Positions 1 through 9,095 of a DNA stretch of 28,772 nt are shown in pieces (position 1 is the first letter of the stretch; every line of letters begins with the position of its first letter). This DNA comes from Methanobacterium sp. (GTDB lineage Archaea > Methanobacteriota > Methanobacteria > Methanobacteriales > Methanobacteriaceae): the NCBI GenBank assembly GCA_028682985.1, contig JAJRAE010000246.1, positions 1 through 28,772 of the forward strand. Reading direction: 5' to 3'. Below the pieces are notes generated by a model. It worked only from the letters and a program-made list of their open reading frames with translations, was not told the origin of the DNA and searched no databases. A program made the translations under genes and the position numbers.

Positions 1-1
1 T

Positions 2-349
2 CCTGTTTTAAGTGTTGATATAACTGTTTCCAATCCATTAGGTTCTGGAAGAATCCAAAAGAAGGATCTAAATCTCAGATGGGATTTGGGTGAATCTGAA
101 TTTAAGAAAATAATTAAGGCAGTACTGGATGTTCCTGAAGAAAATGGATTGATCACCAAGATAAACCAGGATAAACTGAAAAAAACAACCAGGGAAGAAT
201 TTAAAAGTTACACAGATTTTAACCTGATACATGTAAGACCAGGGAAAAGCGGAAAAGCAGTTGTGGAGGTCCATGACCATAAAGGCCAGATAACTGGGCC
301 GCGAATCCATATCCATAAATGTCGAGCTGGTGGATTTGATGCTTCATAA
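2..349 (+). CDS. Brix/Imp4-domain ribosome biogenesis protein, C-terminal part (5' end outside window)
   Basis: The frame is open from position 2 (PVLSVDITVSNPLGSGRIQKKDLNLRWDLGESEF...) to TAA at 347-349. C-terminal G-x-x-x-GPRI resembles the Brix signature. It lies directly upstream of pcc1-pfdB, as in the archaeal exosome superoperon. Confidence 0.7.
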   Translation, partial: PVLSVDITVSNPLGSGRIQKKDLNLRWDLGESEFKKIIKAVLDVPEENGLITKINQDKLKKTTREEFKSYTDFNLIHVRPGKSGKAVVEVHDHKGQITGPRIHIHKCRAGGFDAS

Positions 350-590
350 GGTGGACATGCAGTTTCAGATAGAATTCGATGACATTAAACAGGCGGAGAT
401 TGTTCTTAAGGCACTGGAGCCTGAAATAAAATCATCCCCCTCCCAACGGGCATCTGTCAAACTTAAAATAGACGGCAGTAAATTGAACATGGATATCCAG
501 GCAGAGGATGTAACTTCACTTAGAGCAGCAATCAACTCCTATGTAAGATGGATAATGCTTTCTCTAGATGTTATTGGTATTAATAAATAA
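339..590 (+). CDS. pcc1: KEOPS complex subunit Pcc1
   Basis: SLRAAINSYVRWI motif and ALEPE motif; ~83 aa. ATG at 339 is preferred over GTG at 330 because the GTG is part of an SD-like GGTGG. Overlaps the upstream stop. Confidence 0.85.
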   Translation: MLHKVDMQFQIEFDDIKQAEIVLKALEPEIKSSPSQRASVKLKIDGSKLNMDIQAEDVTSLRAAINSYVRWIMLSLDVIGINK

Positions 591-655
591 AATTAATATA
601 AAATTAGATTTAATGAAATAAAAAAAATTTTTAATCTTTTTAGAGGTGAAATAAG

Positions 656-1018
656 ATGGAAGTTCCTAAAAATGTACAGCATCAAATTGCCCAGTTTCAG
701 CAGATGCAGCAGCAAGCACAAGCCATAACCATGCAGAAACAGAGTGTGGAAATGCAGATCAGAGAAACTGAGAAGGCTCTGGAAGAGCTTAAAAAAGTGG
801 AAGATGATTCTGATGTTTATAAAACCGCTGGTAACCTTTTAATCAAGGTTAAAAAGGATGAAATGGTTACAGAACTCGAGGATAAACTGGAAACACTGAA
901 ACTACGGGAGAAAACTGTAGGCCGCCAGGAAGAGAGGATAATGAAAAGACTGCAGGAAATGCAGGCCTCACTTCAGGAAGCCATGCAGGGTCCAGGACAG
1001 CCGGGGTTAGGTACTTGA
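656..1018 (+). CDS. pfdB: Prefoldin beta subunit
   Basis: Coiled-coil helices flanking [11 protein letters not shown] beta-hairpin; 120 aa; SD GAGGTGA at 643-649. Confidence 0.95.
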   Translation: MEVPKNVQHQIAQFQQMQQQAQAITMQKQSVEMQIRETEKALEELKKVEDDSDVYKTAGNLLIKVKKDEMVTELEDKLETLKLREKTVGRQEERIMKRLQEMQASLQEAMQGPGQPGLGT

Positions 1019-1287
1019 AAAAGCTGAATGATGATGAACTGGACCAGACTTCAGATATAGCAGTTGAAGCTGCTGAAAAATATATACTTTCCAGGGTTTC
1101 CCCAAAGGAAATCCTGGATATGGATATTCAGGCTAATATATCATATGATGAAGAGTTACATGTGGATATATTAGTTGATATAGATTTAGATGAGTTATCA
1201 TCAGCTGATGAAGAAATACTGGCTGATGGTGCAGTGCAAGATGCATTAAAAAAGCTGGATATTTTCATAGATGAAAATTTCCGCTAG
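1015..1287 (+). CDS. Small acidic protein, DUF3194 / MTH677-like
   Basis: TTG start overlaps the pfdB TGA (TTGA). 90 aa, very acidic. Position after pfdB matches my recollection of Methanobacteriales gene order. Confidence 0.7.
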   Translation: MKKLNDDELDQTSDIAVEAAEKYILSRVSPKEILDMDIQANISYDEELHVDILVDIDLDELSSADEEILADGAVQDALKKLDIFIDENFR

Positions 1288-1326
1288 AAATTATTTTTAT
1301 TATTTAGAATGTTATTAAGGTTTTTT

Positions 1327-2010
1327 ATGAATGAAATAATTCCTGTTCTAGATTTAATGTCTGGAATGGCGGTTTCTGGAAAATCAGGTCTAAGAAACAC
1401 CTATAAACCTCTGGATACTATTTTTTCTAAAACTCCAGATCCAGTTGAAATTTCCATCTCCCTGAAAAGACAGGGATTTGAAAGAATTTACGTGGCTGAC
1501 CTGGATGCTATTGAAGGATACGGCTCTAATTTGGAACATATAAAGAATATCAACCACATAATACCAGTGATGCTGGATTGGGGGGTTAAAGACTTTAAAA
1601 GTTTTCGATTCGCCCTGGATTATGCACAGCAGATCATAGTGGCCACAGAAACCCTTAATAGCTGGATCGAACTGGAACAGATTTTTAATAGTTTTCCTAA
1701 AGAGAGAATTATACTGAGTGTGGATGTTAAAGATAGTGAGATTTTAAGTAAAAGCATGTCTGTATCCTTCAACCAAATTGTATCCAGAATAGAATATCTA
1801 CACCCGAGGGAGATTATTCTACTGGATATAACCGGAGTGGGTACATTAGAGGGGTATAACCAGGAGATTTTAGATAATTTCAGTGGTCTGGAAGATTCTT
1901 TAATTGTAGGTGGTGGTATCACTCCATCCTCCATTAATACTCTGGGTAAACAGGGAATATCAAAATTCTTAGTGGGAACTGCCCTGCATTCAGGTAGAAT
2001 AGAGCTTTAA
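1327..2010 (+). CDS. HisA/HisF-related TIM-barrel protein (hisAF_rel type, function unknown)
   Basis: IIPVLDL, IYVADLDAI, SVDVK, LLDI..VGT, VGGGI and LVGTALH motifs of the two-fold (beta/alpha)8 HisA/HisF fold. The second Met (1327) is preferred; the ORF extends upstream to 1309. Confidence 0.8.
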   Translation: MNEIIPVLDLMSGMAVSGKSGLRNTYKPLDTIFSKTPDPVEISISLKRQGFERIYVADLDAIEGYGSNLEHIKNINHIIPVMLDWGVKDFKSFRFALDYAQQIIVATETLNSWIELEQIFNSFPKERIILSVDVKDSEILSKSMSVSFNQIVSRIEYLHPREIILLDITGVGTLEGYNQEILDNFSGLEDSLIVGGGITPSSINTLGKQGISKFLVGTALHSGRIEL

Positions 2011-2111
2011 ATTCTAAATTTAGATGTCTTGAATTTAAGAATTGTTCTACAGTAGAAAAATTTTAGATTGATTCCTTAAAATTTATTTAATAAACCCACA
2101 GATTATCTATC

Positions 2112-2975
2112 ATGGTCAAAGTCTTAATAGTAGGCCCGGTAACTAAAGATCGTATCGTCAAAGGAAATAAAATATACAACACGGTGGGAGGGGCTGTTTA
2201 TTATCAATCAGCTGTTTTTTCAGAGTTTGGAATAGATAACACCGTGTTAACCACTTTAAACCCACAGGATAATATTCTACTGGATAATTTTCCCAGACAA
2301 ACAGAAGTTATCCCGGTTCACACCATGTTTACAATGGAATTTGAAAATATATACCCTGATGACGATCCCAATCACCGTATACAAAAAGCCAAAGCAGGCA
2401 CCAATTCCTTGAAACCAGCAGATTTCAAGGATATAAATATAAATGAATTTCAGGCTATTTTACTATCACCATTAACCCCCTATGATATTCCCCTGGAAAC
2501 TATCAAATATCTGACCAGACAGGATAAACCACTTTATATGGGTGTTCAGGGATATTTAAGGCACATAATGGATTCAAAGATCATATTGAAACCCTGGAGA
2601 GAATATAAAAATTACCTGAAATATATGGACATCATTTTCCTGGACACATTAGAAGCTAAGGTACTACTAGATAACCCTGATTATGATCTGTCGGGGATCG
2701 CCTTTAAATTATCAACTCTGGGTCCTGAGGAAGTTATTATAACCCGGGGCGATCAGGGAGCAGTTGTGTACTCCCAGAGAACTCATGAAATCTATGAAAT
2801 TCCATCAAATAGACCTGAAAAGATTGTAAACCCCACAGGACTGGGAGACACCTTCATGGCGGCATACGCTCTTAAAAAACTGGAGACCAGTAATCCAATG
2901 CACTGCGCTTCCTTTGCTGCCCGTATTTCGTCTGAAAAGATGGGGCAATTAGGGGCTTATAAGAAGAATAAATAA
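2112..2975 (+). CDS. PfkB/ribokinase-family carbohydrate kinase (candidate myo-inositol kinase)
   Basis: G-x-x-x-x-D N-terminal motif, VGGA motif, ITRG-x-x-G, and anion-hole PTGLGDTF. Confidence 0.9.
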   Translation: MVKVLIVGPVTKDRIVKGNKIYNTVGGAVYYQSAVFSEFGIDNTVLTTLNPQDNILLDNFPRQTEVIPVHTMFTMEFENIYPDDDPNHRIQKAKAGTNSLKPADFKDININEFQAILLSPLTPYDIPLETIKYLTRQDKPLYMGVQGYLRHIMDSKIILKPWREYKNYLKYMDIIFLDTLEAKVLLDNPDYDLSGIAFKLSTLGPEEVIITRGDQGAVVYSQRTHEIYEIPSNRPEKIVNPTGLGDTFMAAYALKKLETSNPMHCASFAARISSEKMGQLGAYKKNK

Positions 2976-3034
2976 AAAAAGAATCTTATGATTATATATA
3001 CTAAAATTTAAATTAAGCTTTAAATCTTTTTTTT
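2974..3034. terminator. Convergent oligo-T terminators
   Basis: A7 at 2974-2980 (T7 on the minus strand) and T8 at 3027-3034 lie between convergent genes. Archaeal termination uses U-tracts. Confidence 0.5.
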
Positions 3035-3227
3035 ATCCAAGAATAAGGGGCAGAATAAGGAATGGTGATAATCCGCCTATTAAAAATATTAATATACCTA
3101 AAATGGTGTTGCGGTTGTTATCTCCCAGAATTCCGGAGATTATAATTATAATTCCTATAAAGGCCAGTATTGGGGGAATGATATGTGAAAATATCAATGA
3201 ACTTTGAACCAGTGGACTGTAATCCAT
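3033..3227 (-). CDS. Small two-TM membrane protein (64 aa), hypothetical
   Basis: Two hydrophobic segments (IIPPILAFIGIIIIISGIL; TILGILIFLIGGLSPFLILPLIL). SD GGTGA lies 8 nt before ATG at 3227; the track's GTG at 3239 is inside the SD. Confidence 0.75.
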   Translation of the reverse strand: MDYSPLVQSSLIFSHIIPPILAFIGIIIIISGILGDNNRNTILGILIFLIGGLSPFLILPLILG

Positions 3228-3338
3228 TTTTTTTATCACCTTATAATTATTTTAAATAAATTTTAATTGGAATGAAATATTTTAATTCAATTCTATTATA
3301 AATCGAAAATTTGGGATGAATATACAAACATTAATATC

Positions 3339-4892
3339 CTATTTATAATGTTCCAGTATAGTTCTGCGCAGTTCTTTATCTGATTCAGCTATTACTTCTA
3401 TTTTACCCACCGGAACATCACATTTTTTAAGATATTCAGCCAGCTCCACCGGTGTTTTATTATCCTCTAAATCTATTATAACAGAATCTAACTCCTCTGA
3501 TATCTTTATAGGAGAATAATGGCATAGAGCATGATAAGCCTTATCTACAGAATCTGTTTTAACCCGGAAAGTCCGTGTTTTATTTGATATCTGGGCTATA
3601 TCTATATTCAATCTTTGCAATACTATCAGCACGTGTTTGTTCAGCGCTTCTTCCAGTATAGGGGTATCTATTATCTCTTTATCCTGTATTATGCGTACTG
3701 CCTGGGAAATCTGAGCCACGTCACGGGCATGGGCAAAACTGGGATCCAGACCTTCTCCATTATTTTTTACTTCCTCGTAAACCGTTCTGAACCGTTGTAG
3801 CACATCATCTTCGTATGTTTCATTTAATAGTTCCATGTTTCTCTTAAATACTTCAACCACATCATCCAGATCGGGGTTCTTCAGGAATATGTGCAATGGA
3901 GCTCTTCTAAGGTGTGCCTCATCCATTATACTGATATCCAGGTTGGTGGAGAAGGCGGGTATGAAATGGCTGTGTACAATCACGGGTATTCCTCGGACAT
4001 AGATTGAGTCCTTTTTGTTTTCCATGGGAACTATCAGACGATTCAGGATCATTTCATGGTCATCTCTCTGTCTTCCTAGATCATCTATTAAAAGAATTCC
4101 ACCATTAGCTTTTATTATGGGAGATGTTTCATACACCCCTTTATTCCCATCATAGTTAGTCTCCAGCTTGCTTAAATTGAGTTCCGCCCCTGTTACTACA
4201 AATGGGGCATGAATCTTAACCCATCTTGGGTCCTGTGGTTGTTCTTCACATTTCTTATGGAAATCCTGGTCGTATAACTGGATGACTCTACCACTGAATT
4301 CTATATATTTGGGAATAACCAGTGGTGGCAGTAACTCAGGCATCTTACTTATGATGAACGTTTTACCAGTTCCCGGGGGTCCGTATACAAATATTCCTTT
4401 ACCGATGGTACAGGATTCCATCATACATTGTTTAGCGTATTTTACTCCAACCACATCCTCAAAGGCGTAGTTCACTACTTCTTCTGGTATTTTGATGGGG
4501 TAGCGGTCTTTCATCTGTGATTCCATTATTTCATAGTAATCTTCATAGGCCACTGGAGCTATTCCTATATATGGATTTTCTTCCACAATTCCCTGGACTT
4601 TTTCTCGACCCTTCTTGGTTATGGTGAATTGAACACTAGAAAATAGGAATCCTCCACTGGTAGCAGCGCAAAAACCGGTTTTTTCCAGTTCACTTAGGAA
4701 CACTTCCATGATGTCCCAGTGTATACCTGTTAATTCATTAATGGTGCTGGTTCTTACGGTACCATAACTGGAAATAATCTTTAAAAAAATATCTTTAATG
4801 AAGGTTTCTGATAATTTCAGGTCTTCCAAGTTTCTTGGTTGTCTAAGCCTTTCAAATAATTTTTCCATCTTGTGACCATGATAGTAATCCAT
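3339..4892 (-). CDS. AAA+ ATPase with N-terminal winged helix and C-terminal ferredoxin-like domain, uncharacterised
   Basis: Walker A GPPGTGKT (aa 171-178), Walker B ILLIDD, sensor-1 STN, Arg finger LRR; SD GGTGA 4 nt before ATG. Confidence 0.85.
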   Translation of the reverse strand: MDYYHGHKMEKLFERLRQPRNLEDLKLSETFIKDIFLKIISSYGTVRTSTINELTGIHWDIMEVFLSELEKTGFCAATSGGFLFSSVQFTITKKGREKVQGIVEENPYIGIAPVAYEDYYEIMESQMKDRYPIKIPEEVVNYAFEDVVGVKYAKQCMMESCTIGKGIFVYGPPGTGKTFIISKMPELLPPLVIPKYIEFSGRVIQLYDQDFHKKCEEQPQDPRWVKIHAPFVVTGAELNLSKLETNYDGNKGVYETSPIIKANGGILLIDDLGRQRDDHEMILNRLIVPMENKKDSIYVRGIPVIVHSHFIPAFSTNLDISIMDEAHLRRAPLHIFLKNPDLDDVVEVFKRNMELLNETYEDDVLQRFRTVYEEVKNNGEGLDPSFAHARDVAQISQAVRIIQDKEIIDTPILEEALNKHVLIVLQRLNIDIAQISNKTRTFRVKTDSVDKAYHALCHYSPIKISEELDSVIIDLEDNKTPVELAEYLKKCDVPVGKIEVIAESDKELRRTILEHYK

Positions 4893-5017
4893 ATTTTCAC
4901 CTGGGTTATGTATACAAAGCTGTTAGAAATATTATGCTATTTATGAGATTATATTTATTCACTTAAAAATTAATAAGATAATGATTTTAAGACCAAAACT
5001 AATTAGAAGATAATTTT

Positions 5018-5695
5018 TTAAAGGATTTTCTTTATATTCTGCAGGTTGGGAAGTACTTCCAGTTTAATCTTCTTTTCTTCCAGATAAATCCTTTCTTCTT
5101 CTGTTAATTCAGAATTTACCAGTATAGCTTCCATACCAACATTTAAGGCGCCTTTGATGTCTTCACTGAATTTGTTGCCGATCATTATGGAATTTCCTGC
5201 CTTACAACCCATCCGGTCCAGGGCCTGTTTGAAAATTATTTCATCTGGTTTTTCAGCACCTGCCTCTTCAGAAGTGATGATTTCATCAAAGAAATGATGC
5301 AGACCCAGTCTGATCAATTTTTCCCACTGTTTTATGGTTATTCCGTTGGATATAACTCCCAGATGGTAGCCCTGACTTTTCAGGTATATCAGGGTGGACA
5401 TGGTTTCGGGGAACAGTCTTAAAAGAGCGAATTTAACGTTGTGATAGGTGATCATTCCCAGTGCAATTAATCGAGGTTTTTCCTCACCAAAGACTCTTTT
5501 GGTCAGGACATTGAAATGTTTATCATAGTTGGAGCCTTTTTCCTTAATTATTTCTCGAAGTAACTTGTAGGCTTCATCTGATTCTAATGGTAGGCCAGCA
5601 TCGATCATGACGTTGATGGCAGCCCTTCTAGCTAAAGCTGCAAAACCAGACGTATCGTAAAGGGTGTCATCAATATCAAAGAAAACTGCTTTCAT
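5018..5695 (-). CDS. HAD-superfamily hydrolase (TIGR02253-type)
   Basis: Motif I FFDIDDTLYD, motif II ISN, motif III KP, motif IV GNKFSED. SD GGAG precedes the ATG at 5695; the ORF extends to 5710. Confidence 0.9.
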   Translation of the reverse strand: MKAVFFDIDDTLYDTSGFAALARRAAINVMIDAGLPLESDEAYKLLREIIKEKGSNYDKHFNVLTKRVFGEEKPRLIALGMITYHNVKFALLRLFPETMSTLIYLKSQGYHLGVISNGITIKQWEKLIRLGLHHFFDEIITSEEAGAEKPDEIIFKQALDRMGCKAGNSIMIGNKFSEDIKGALNVGMEAILVNSELTEEERIYLEEKKIKLEVLPNLQNIKKIL

Positions 5696-5761
5696 TATTT
5701 TACTCCGCATGACCTTTATTTAGAGAATTAATCAAATTTACATTATGAATAATTTAAACCT

Positions 5762-6418
5762 TCAGAAAAAGGCATCTAAACTGCTCTGTTTCTCCTTATG
5801 TAGGATATCATCTTTAGGATAACCTACAGATTCTATTATACGGGATACTGCTGGTAAAACCTGATTATCAATGTAATAGTTTGGGTCGTACTGTGATACA
5901 TCGGCGTCTTCTAAAGGCACTGCTCTTTTACTGATGGGTTCTCTTCCCCTTACCACCACGTAACGGATGATGGTGCCGGGGCCTACTTTTCTACCCTTTA
6001 AAATTGCGCGTTTAGCGGCCATTACATGAGGAGCGTTTTGCACGTATTCCTCAGGGTTCTTTGTAAGTTGTGTATGGATTACCAGGTCTTCCAGGGATAT
6101 TTTTCCCTGCTTAATATCCTCTATAATATCTCTAATTATTTTAACAGCTTTCTGGGTTGAACCTTCCTCCAGCAAAGCCATTAAAACTTTTTTCTGGGTT
6201 TTCTTTGCAACTGGAGCCCAGTCACGTCTTACCAGCTCCAGGCCCTTTACCACGATGTTGCCATCCTGTATGAGGGCATATCTTTTTTTGGTTACAAAAA
6301 AACCTCTCTGAAAAAAGCCCTCAAATTCCAGTTCCATTCCTTCTGGAAGGTTTTTATTAACTTCCCTGGTAAATTTATGGGCTTTATCTTCAATATCTAG
6401 ATATTGTTGTTCATTCAA
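5762..6418 (-). CDS. polB2: Family B DNA polymerase, split small subunit (C-terminal palm/thumb)
   Basis: [22 protein letters not shown] and [11 protein letters not shown] motifs of the PolB C-terminal half; C-terminal PIP box QSSLDAFF; no exonuclease, motif A/B or DTDG. TTG at 6418 follows an SD-like GGTG; the ORF extends to 6430. Confidence 0.9.
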   Translation of the reverse strand: MNEQQYLDIEDKAHKFTREVNKNLPEGMELEFEGFFQRGFFVTKKRYALIQDGNIVVKGLELVRRDWAPVAKKTQKKVLMALLEEGSTQKAVKIIRDIIEDIKQGKISLEDLVIHTQLTKNPEEYVQNAPHVMAAKRAILKGRKVGPGTIIRYVVVRGREPISKRAVPLEDADVSQYDPNYYIDNQVLPAVSRIIESVGYPKDDILHKEKQSSLDAFF

Positions 6419-6791
6419 CCAGCACACCATTTATGATGCCGTGCTGACCTGGTCTGGATGTTACTTTCACTTTACCCACGCTGGTCTCTACCATAGCACC
6501 TTTATTTATAATGTTTCTTCTTACAAACTGGATGTTGGCGGAGTTTTCAATTACATTTAAAATTTCAGCTACTTGAACTTTATTGTCTTTAGGATCCACC
6601 ACATTTATCTGATTGTCATTGGTAAGACGGATCTTTTCATTCCCACCTTTGGCCCGGATCTTCTTGAACTTACGTTCTCCGATCTTGGTCTCAGCCGGAT
6701 CTCTCCCGAATTCCATTTTTCTCTTATTTCGGTTAGATTTGCCACGTCCGCCAGTATTTTTTCTTAATGATTTTCCTTGCCATATTGCCAT
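6411..6791 (-). CDS. rps8e: 30S ribosomal protein S8e (eS8)
   Basis: MAIWQG...TGGR, KRK.E.GR, RRNII.KG and VTSRPGQ.G.INGVL motifs; SD GGTGA. Confidence 0.97.
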   Translation of the reverse strand: MAIWQGKSLRKNTGGRGKSNRNKRKMEFGRDPAETKIGERKFKKIRAKGGNEKIRLTNDNQINVVDPKDNKVQVAEILNVIENSANIQFVRRNIINKGAMVETSVGKVKVTSRPGQHGIINGVLVE

Positions 6792-7121
6792 TATTTCACC
6801 TCAAATAATAATATTTTATCAAAATGAAAGCATTACACTGTTATTAAGTTTAATGAATTCATATATTTAATAATTTAATCCATCCAACTAACCTATTAAT
6901 TTGGTCAATGCAACCAACTTAGTTAGATTATCAGTTTATTAGTTTTCAAGATAGATAAATCTTTAGTGATATTGTACTGAATATATATAACTATACTTAA
7001 ATAGGTGTAGATTTAGATTATTTTAAATCAAAAGTAGATTTTCAATTTTATTTAATATTTAATGAGTTGGAAATTTCTTATCAAATAAATTTATTTTAAT
7101 AATTTTAAAAGGTGAAATCGA

Positions 7122-8132
<1,011 letters not shown>

Positions 8133-8227
8133 TCCGGGGATTTCTATTTATTAAATAATATAATTAAGTTTATAAAGATATTCAGCCATAAAATAGTATA
8201 ACAAAAAGAGAAAGAGAGGGATATTTA

Positions 8228-8671
8228 ATGCCAGGTTTATGGGGAAAGCGATTTGTAGCTTTAATTGTTGATTTTCTAATAATTACATTACTATTATATG
8301 TGATAGTAGCGGTTATTTATCCATTAATAGCATTAGCTAATCTATTTGTCCTGTTTAATCTTTGGATACCACTGGCGGCTGTTTTAATTGTGGCATACTT
8401 CACCTACTTCGAGGGAAAGCACAGCACCACACCGGGAAAAAATGTTATGAAATTGAAAACACGTGCCATAGAAGGTAAAATGACTTATAAGAAGGCTTTT
8501 ATAAGAAATCTGTCTAAAATTTTATGGCTGCCTCTGATAATTGATGTTTTGGTTGGCTTTGCCATGGGAAAACCACGGGAAAGATACCTGGATCGCTTGG
8601 CCAAAACTGAGGTAATAAGAAGAGAGGAAGTAGAACGCTCCACTCAAAATCTGGAACAATCCTCTTCCTAA
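8228..8671 (+). CDS. RDD-family membrane protein
   Basis: KRFVALIVD, YF..FEG...TTPGK, IRN..K and DRLAKTEV motifs; hydrophobic helices. Confidence 0.85.
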   Translation: MPGLWGKRFVALIVDFLIITLLLYVIVAVIYPLIALANLFVLFNLWIPLAAVLIVAYFTYFEGKHSTTPGKNVMKLKTRAIEGKMTYKKAFIRNLSKILWLPLIIDVLVGFAMGKPRERYLDRLAKTEVIRREEVERSTQNLEQSSS

Positions 8672-8708
8672 AAAAATATATTTTCTTAAATTTCAATATA
8701 TTCTTTTT

Positions 8709-8972
8709 TTAATCGACGATTCTAACTTCCTGTACAACAGGTTTGGCAATTGACCTGGCAATGATAATAGTAGCCACTACTGCTATGATGGTAATTAAAA
8801 TCGCATATATTAACAGGCCAGTAATACCATTACCTGCCTGGAAATACTGAATAATTATTGCTTTAATAGCTTCATTCCATGCGAGTGCTGCAATTAATCC
8901 AAATGCAGTGGTCATTAAAGTAGCTACAGTCTGGGCAACTTGGCCTTTAACATCCTTCATCTCATCTTTCAT
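8709..8972 (-). CDS. DUF5654-like small two-TM membrane protein
   Basis: AFGLIAALAWNEAIKA motif; two TM segments; SD GGAGG/GAGG upstream. Confidence 0.7.
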   Translation of the reverse strand: MKDEMKDVKGQVAQTVATLMTTAFGLIAALAWNEAIKAIIIQYFQAGNGITGLLIYAILITIIAVVATIIIARSIAKPVVQEVRIVD

Positions 8973-9095
8973 CCTCTTTTCTCCTCCTAATTGATGTACT
9001 TATTTAATATTATGTTTATATTAGTTAATAAATTCATTTGTGCAGTTCCTAATAAATTAAAAAAAATAATAAACAGCAGATTCCAAATTATACTT

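Noticed and set aside
680-740. Gln-rich run in prefoldin beta ([11 protein letters not shown])
   Set aside because: Normal composition of the prefoldin N-terminal helix; not a DNA-level repeat expansion.
6380-6430. Possible split intein at the PolB2 N-terminus, as in Nanoarchaeum PolB
   Set aside because: No His-Asn followed by Cys/Ser/Thr; the sequence goes straight into polymerase residues.
8991-9095. N-terminal extension of the 111-aa ORF in the track
   Set aside because: AT-rich, Ile/Asn/Lys/Phe-biased, and overlaps the likely minus-strand TATA (~9020-9015) of the DUF5654-like gene; treated as intergenic.
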